A DNA stretch of 64,000 bases. Source: a virus (lineage: Duplodnaviria > Heunggongvirae > Uroviricota > Caudoviricetes). A program made the position numbers and the translations under genes. The stretch is from positions 38,194 to 102,193 of IMG/VR virus record IMGVR_UViG_3300040801_001810. One strand, given 5' to 3'. The notes beneath the pieces were generated by a model. It worked only from the letters and a program-made list of their open reading frames with translations. It had not been told where the DNA came from and searched no databases. Positions 59,619 through 64,000 of the stretch are shown here, piece after piece; position 1 is the stretch's first letter; each line of letters opens with the position of its first letter.

Positions 59619-61274
59619 TTAATACATCCTATCATAAGTATTATTTCTATCCATTGCATCAAATATATCAAATAATGATCTATCAGCATCTTCAAGACTG
59701 GCATCTATTATATATTCAAATGTTTCTGACTTAACTCCGTATATAAAGTTAAATCTAACTATATTAGAATCGTATGTTTTTCCTTGCCAAGTAACTCGGG
59801 CAAAACCTAAACAGTTATCTATGGAAGGAATAAAGTCACATTCATGATGAATTATTTTTGTACCAAACCTATTGGTAGTATAGTCCCCCCACTTGCGCCA
59901 GCCACCAAGGTAATTAAACCAGAGTTCTATAGGAAGATTAGGGACATTAATTAGCCTATTTCTTCTATAAATAGCTACTTTGGCTTGTATATTATCAACC
60001 CCAGACTTATATGGAGACACTCTTTGATTAGTTAAAACAATAGAAATTGGTTGGGTTATTCTTTGAGTTGGGGCAGTATATATAGGAATGGTAGTTACTT
60101 CATATTGGTAACAACCAATAGAATAAATTCCTTCTCCTATACTATAAAGATTACCATCTAAATCAGTTAAAGATAAAGCTGGTGCCGATCCTAAATTCCA
60201 AAGACCAGCAGATAGTCCTTCAGTGGATCCATTTAATCGTAAATAATTAGCGTTTCCTGATTCAATTGACTTAAATTCTACCGTAGGATCTACATTATTT
60301 CCAATATCTGTCCATGGAAAACTTACTCCAAGGTTTGATCCAAATGCACAACCAGAGTATCCCCAATCATAAATATCTTGGGAGTCATAACAATTTGTTG
60401 CATATCCAGTAAGATCAGATGCATCATACATTGATCCTCCCCAAGAATCTCCAGAAAAATCTGGAGAGCAACTAACGACTATATTATCTAGATAGTAGTT
60501 AGTATTAGTATCATCACTCAAATTTAAAGCATAATAATATACATTAAAGAAAGTACAATGTTCTATGTATGCTTCATACGCACCAATAGTACCATGCAAA
60601 TAATTGAACATGGTAATTCCATCATCAGCGATGTTACTAAACCTACAAGAAGAAATAAAAATATTTCCAGAACTTTCAGCGTCATAATTTCTATAATCTA
60701 TTCCATCATCCGATACTTTATCAAATTCACAGCGAGTAATATTAACTGTATCTATTCCACCAGCAGCATTTATAATCCATAAAGAATCTGCTACTACCCA
60801 ACCTTCTGGATAAGGCATATTTTCTTCAGTAAATCTACAATCTTCAAAAGTTATTGTTTTAACTCCTTCAAGATATATTAAATCGTCTCCCCAATCTGAT
60901 TCATTACTAAATATTATATTTCGAGCAGTAAAACTGAGAGGAGAATCTTCATAATTACTTCCTCCCCATTGATATATGGCAGCACCAAAATCATAATCAG
61001 TTACAGTATATCTATATCTAGAAGTATTTGGTCTAGATTGAATTGTAAGAGAATATCCTGAAAAATTTGTATAATCTTGATCATATACTCCACTACATTC
61101 CACATCAGAAATTAATTCAAATATCATATCATCAGTAACAGTAGCATCATATCCTCCAGAAGGAGAATTACACCAATTACTCATACTAGCAAATAACCCA
61201 CTGTATTCGCCTTGTTCTAAAGGGGTTAAATTATTCCAAGCAGTTATGGTACCTAATGCTATCTTTATCGACAT
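59619..61274 (-). CDS. right-handed beta-helix (pectin-lyase-like) virion protein
   Basis: Repeating ITFEDCRF, VNITRCEFDKVSDDGI, ISSCRFSNIADDGI, IEHCTF rungs; SIGCYQY; separate basic C-terminal domain. Confidence 0.75.
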   Translation of the reverse strand: MSIKIALGTITAWNNLTPLEQGEYSGLFASMSNWCNSPSGGYDATVTDDMIFELISDVECSGVYDQDYTNFSGYSLTIQSRPNTSRYRYTVTDYDFGAAIYQWGGSNYEDSPLSFTARNIIFSNESDWGDDLIYLEGVKTITFEDCRFTEENMPYPEGWVVADSLWIINAAGGIDTVNITRCEFDKVSDDGIDYRNYDAESSGNIFISSCRFSNIADDGITMFNYLHGTIGAYEAYIEHCTFFNVYYYALNLSDDTNTNYYLDNIVVSCSPDFSGDSWGGSMYDASDLTGYATNCYDSQDIYDWGYSGCAFGSNLGVSFPWTDIGNNVDPTVEFKSIESGNANYLRLNGSTEGLSAGLWNLGSAPALSLTDLDGNLYSIGEGIYSIGCYQYEVTTIPIYTAPTQRITQPISIVLTNQRVSPYKSGVDNIQAKVAIYRRNRLINVPNLPIELWFNYLGGWRKWGDYTTNRFGTKIIHHECDFIPSIDNCLGFARVTWQGKTYDSNIVRFNFIYGVKSETFEYIIDASLEDADRSLFDIFDAMDRNNTYDRMY

Positions 61275-61429
61275 TATTTTCTATCTTTTAGTTTAATAAT
61301 AATTGAATCAATTTCTGTTTTAATATTATTTGATATTTCATCTATTGATTCCCCTTGTTTAATTCTTCTTTTAACTTCTATAAGTAACCGTGGGTTAAGT
61401 CTAGTTTTTTGCTTTTTTTGTTCATTCAT
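61274..61429 (-). CDS. small HTH-like protein (not in ORF track)
   Basis: 51 aa, MNEQKKQKTRLNPRLLIEVKRRIKQGESIDEISNNIK...; AGGAG RBS; TAATG overlap with the next gene. Confidence 0.6.
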   Translation of the reverse strand: MNEQKKQKTRLNPRLLIEVKRRIKQGESIDEISNNIKTEIDSIIIKLKDRK

Positions 61430-61431
61430 AA

Positions 61432-62964
61432 TTATCTCCTATTAGAGTCAGTTGCTAGGTATACAAAGAACTTGTCGAAAGCTAGGTTTTGTTCATTTAA
61501 TGGATTAAAGTCATAATGTAATAAAGCCCCACTTGGAACTAAAGTATGGTCCCACACTAAGGTTGCTTCCGTATAGTCACTTGGTAGATTAGCTGTTATT
61601 TTCTTTGTTCTATAATCAATTCTATAGTCGCCCATATTAAGAGGTAATTCAAACCCGCCTTTTATAGTAGAGATATTAGGTCTTTTTCTATATATGTTAT
61701 ACCAAAACTTATCTCCATCTGGTCCAGTAAAGTAGCAGTAGTCTTCATATATACCAGAAAGATATTCATCTCTTTCTACATTCATATAGCTATCGTAGTA
61801 CCCACTCTTAGCTAGTATCGTATACATCCCTTTTTCTAATCCACTTGGAATATCTGCTTCTAAATATCCTGATACAGGGCTAAAGTTAATCTGATTAATT
61901 CTCTTATCTTCAAAATGATAATATGGAAGCCCGTCTACATAAAATTTTCCTGGGTATAATTTAAGATACCATTCCTGAGTTTCGCCTGACTGCTCTACTA
62001 GTTGTTCAGGATAAAAAGTATATGATAGTGGTTCTACTCCACCTCTAAAGTTATTAAATACCACCCCGCTGGTGAATGTATTATTAGGTGATAGTGCATC
62101 ATAAAAACTTGGGATCTCTCCACTACCATAGTTCCTATGTACATCCCATATAACAGTTCCTGTTCTAGCTTTATCCCATGTATGCCTAAACTTCTTATCA
62201 ATCCATTCTTTAAGAGAGTAGGTAAAGCTTTTAGCTATGCCTGTGGTCTTATCGTAATAAGTCTCATCTTTAATAGTAGTTGGAATTTCATTTAGAGTAT
62301 AGAGAACAACCTGACCAGAAAGATTAGGATCATTATTTGCAATTCTATATGTAAATCTATCATCTAAAGTATCTGTTTGATTATTCATATCTGTATATCT
62401 AACAAGAGTAGATACATTATCTTCGTTCTTTATCTCTCTCCAATACTCAAACTTAACCTGTGTTTGATCTGCTAGAGGAGCAAGAACTTCTACAATATTT
62501 GAATAACTATAATTTTTATATCCAGATATATTAGCAAATCTAGAATTCTGCCAAACTATAAATCCTTCTTGATTACTCTTAGCAAGCTCATACTCAGCTG
62601 ACCATATCTGAGGACCTATGTTTTGCCAGTTACCACTAGAGTCTTTATAAAACCCTGATATATCTTGGTTTGTAACATTCCCTGAAGGTATTGGTTTATA
62701 TGATAACTCAAAGATAGTTTTATTAATTACGTTATAAGGAGTAAGGCCAAACTCGCTGCTTACACCATTAAGTAATCCTTGCTTATCAACATCTCCTGGA
62801 TAATCATGATTAGCATAAATTCTATCCTTGATCTCAAGATTGTTCTCAAATGGTTTTCTAACATAGCGAAGAGATTTATATTGATCATCCCATGTAGCTA
62901 TACCATTGACTAAACCGAACACATCGATATTAGACCAAGTTTGCTTCTTATTTGGTTTTGGCAT
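61432..62964 (-). CDS. putative tail/baseplate structural protein
   Basis: 510 aa in the structural operon; Ser-Gly and aromatic rich. Confidence 0.65.
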   Translation of the reverse strand: MPKPNKKQTWSNIDVFGLVNGIATWDDQYKSLRYVRKPFENNLEIKDRIYANHDYPGDVDKQGLLNGVSSEFGLTPYNVINKTIFELSYKPIPSGNVTNQDISGFYKDSSGNWQNIGPQIWSAEYELAKSNQEGFIVWQNSRFANISGYKNYSYSNIVEVLAPLADQTQVKFEYWREIKNEDNVSTLVRYTDMNNQTDTLDDRFTYRIANNDPNLSGQVVLYTLNEIPTTIKDETYYDKTTGIAKSFTYSLKEWIDKKFRHTWDKARTGTVIWDVHRNYGSGEIPSFYDALSPNNTFTSGVVFNNFRGGVEPLSYTFYPEQLVEQSGETQEWYLKLYPGKFYVDGLPYYHFEDKRINQINFSPVSGYLEADIPSGLEKGMYTILAKSGYYDSYMNVERDEYLSGIYEDYCYFTGPDGDKFWYNIYRKRPNISTIKGGFELPLNMGDYRIDYRTKKITANLPSDYTEATLVWDHTLVPSGALLHYDFNPLNEQNLAFDKFFVYLATDSNRR

Positions 62965-62982
62965 TAAAATAATCCTTAACTA

Positions 62983-63999
62983 TTAAGAGTATGTAGTACA
63001 CTTTAATGTATTGCCATCTGAAACATCACACCAGACTTGATATTCTCCAGTAGGAGTTGTAGTTGGTAATGATTTAAATTCAAGATAGTTACCAGCATTC
63101 AAAGTTATTGTATTAACAGCAGTTAAACCAATATAACCATTACCTTGTAATGAATACAAATTAACATAAGGAGCAGTAAGAGACATGAATCCATCTGTTC
63201 CATGACAACCAACATCAAATCTAGTACCATATCCATAAATATTTACATTCATATGAGCATACCAAGTTTCAATATACATTTGATCATAAGACTTTAATTT
63301 AAGTCTACCACTAGCTATTAGTTGTAATTGACCTGATGCTCTCATATCTATGGCATCATCAACCATTTTCATATAAGTTTGATTATTAGTAGTATAAAAT
63401 TCTGATGATACTCCACTAGCATAAATAGAATTTGAATATAATGTACTAGATGCTTTAATATTCCCATTAACATGCAGAACTTCATCTGGGGTTCCAGTTG
63501 ATCCAAATAGAGTTTTTCCATCAGGAAATATTTTCATTCTAACAACATTATCAGTCTTTAATGCTACATATCCGCTACCATTAATAACTACTTGACCAGG
63601 AGATTGTAAAAACCCTGAAGCCTCATTGCCCCAAATACCAATCCAACCACCTCGTGATATAGTAGTATTTCCTCCACCACATAAATATAAAGTACCATTA
63701 TCAGACCCATCATCAGTATCTGGTTTAATTATATATGAATTAATACTAAAGATAGGATCCCAGGTAGCAACATGTTTCCATGTTATAGTTCCATCAGTAA
63801 CATATATATTACTTAAATAACCAGAGTTAACTGGAACTTCTGATCGTCCTAGAAAGTGGCTATTGACAAAGTTTTGAACTAGAGAAAGTTGATATCCTAA
63901 GGAATTTCTCATCGAGTTCTTATTAATTGGTGTCTGATCGTCTCTAATATATGTTACAACATTTTCTGGTGTATATTGACCACTAGTCCAAATTGTGTC
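62983..63999 (-). CDS. tail fibre-like protein (5' end outside window)
   Basis: Frame is open to the window edge (DTIWTSGQYTPENV...MRNS). RMKIFPDGKTLFGSTGTPDEVLHVNGNIKAS fibre motif. Confidence 0.7.
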   Translation of the reverse strand, partial: DTIWTSGQYTPENVVTYIRDDQTPINKNSMRNSLGYQLSLVQNFVNSHFLGRSEVPVNSGYLSNIYVTDGTITWKHVATWDPIFSINSYIIKPDTDDGSDNGTLYLCGGGNTTISRGGWIGIWGNEASGFLQSPGQVVINGSGYVALKTDNVVRMKIFPDGKTLFGSTGTPDEVLHVNGNIKASSTLYSNSIYASGVSSEFYTTNNQTYMKMVDDAIDMRASGQLQLIASGRLKLKSYDQMYIETWYAHMNVNIYGYGTRFDVGCHGTDGFMSLTAPYVNLYSLQGNGYIGLTAVNTITLNAGNYLEFKSLPTTTPTGEYQVWCDVSDGNTLKCTTYS

Positions 64000-64000
64000 C

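Noticed and set aside
99-63820. Many short antisense or nested ORFs in the six-frame track (e.g. 1010-1282, 15535-15942, 48373-48675, 57688-57870)
   Set aside because: They are shadows of longer motif-bearing genes, with no RBS or domain signal.
1-64000. Archaeal virus origin (PolB, Cas4, RtcB, Ubl/E1)
   Set aside because: Sigma70-family factor, TTGAC-N17-TATATT promoters, IHF/sigma54 site, DnaG-DnaB, ClpP and AGGAG RBSs point to a bacterial host.
1-64000. Stop-codon reassignment
   Set aside because: Long conserved genes are intact in the standard code, tile the window almost without gaps, and TAA, TGA and TAG all end genes.
1-64000. tRNA, rRNA, IS elements or long tandem repeats
   Set aside because: No cloverleaf-compatible intergenic space, transposase motifs or repeat arrays were recognised by eye.

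Overview
AT-rich (roughly 30% GC by eye), densely packed 64-kb segment of a large tailed bacteriophage read in the standard code; genes are cut at both window edges. It has three blocks. (1) 1-17.6 kb, almost all + strand: a ThiF/E1 enzyme, a 792-aa unknown and a 69-aa ubiquitin-like protein ending in GG, then family-B DNA polymerase, a Gp88-like Fe-S protein, a sigma70-family factor, a divergently transcribed Cas4-like exonuclease/Rad52-like annealase pair, a DnaG-DnaB primase-helicase, RtcB and a metallophosphoesterase. (2) 17.6-38.5 kb, + strand: an ~18.6-kb cluster of about 25 genes, nearly all glycan-building enzymes (many glycosyltransferases, DegT aminotransferase, two radical SAM enzymes, methyl- and acetyltransferases, RraA-like aldolase, CMP-sugar synthetase, HAD-nucleotidyltransferase fusion, cupin), then ClpP, a GIY-YIG nuclease and Hsp20 behind an apparent IHF/sigma54 promoter. 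(3) 38.5-64 kb, - strand: baseplate/tail/fibre genes with two embedded glycosyltransferase paralogs; several of these proteins are strongly enriched in Ser-Gly. The best candidates for undescribed biology are a phage-encoded ubiquitin-like conjugation operon (E1, candidate E2 or substrate, Ubl) and a phage-autonomous virion glycosylation system that may use a Ser-Gly sequon. All calls come from manual motif reading; no searches were run.
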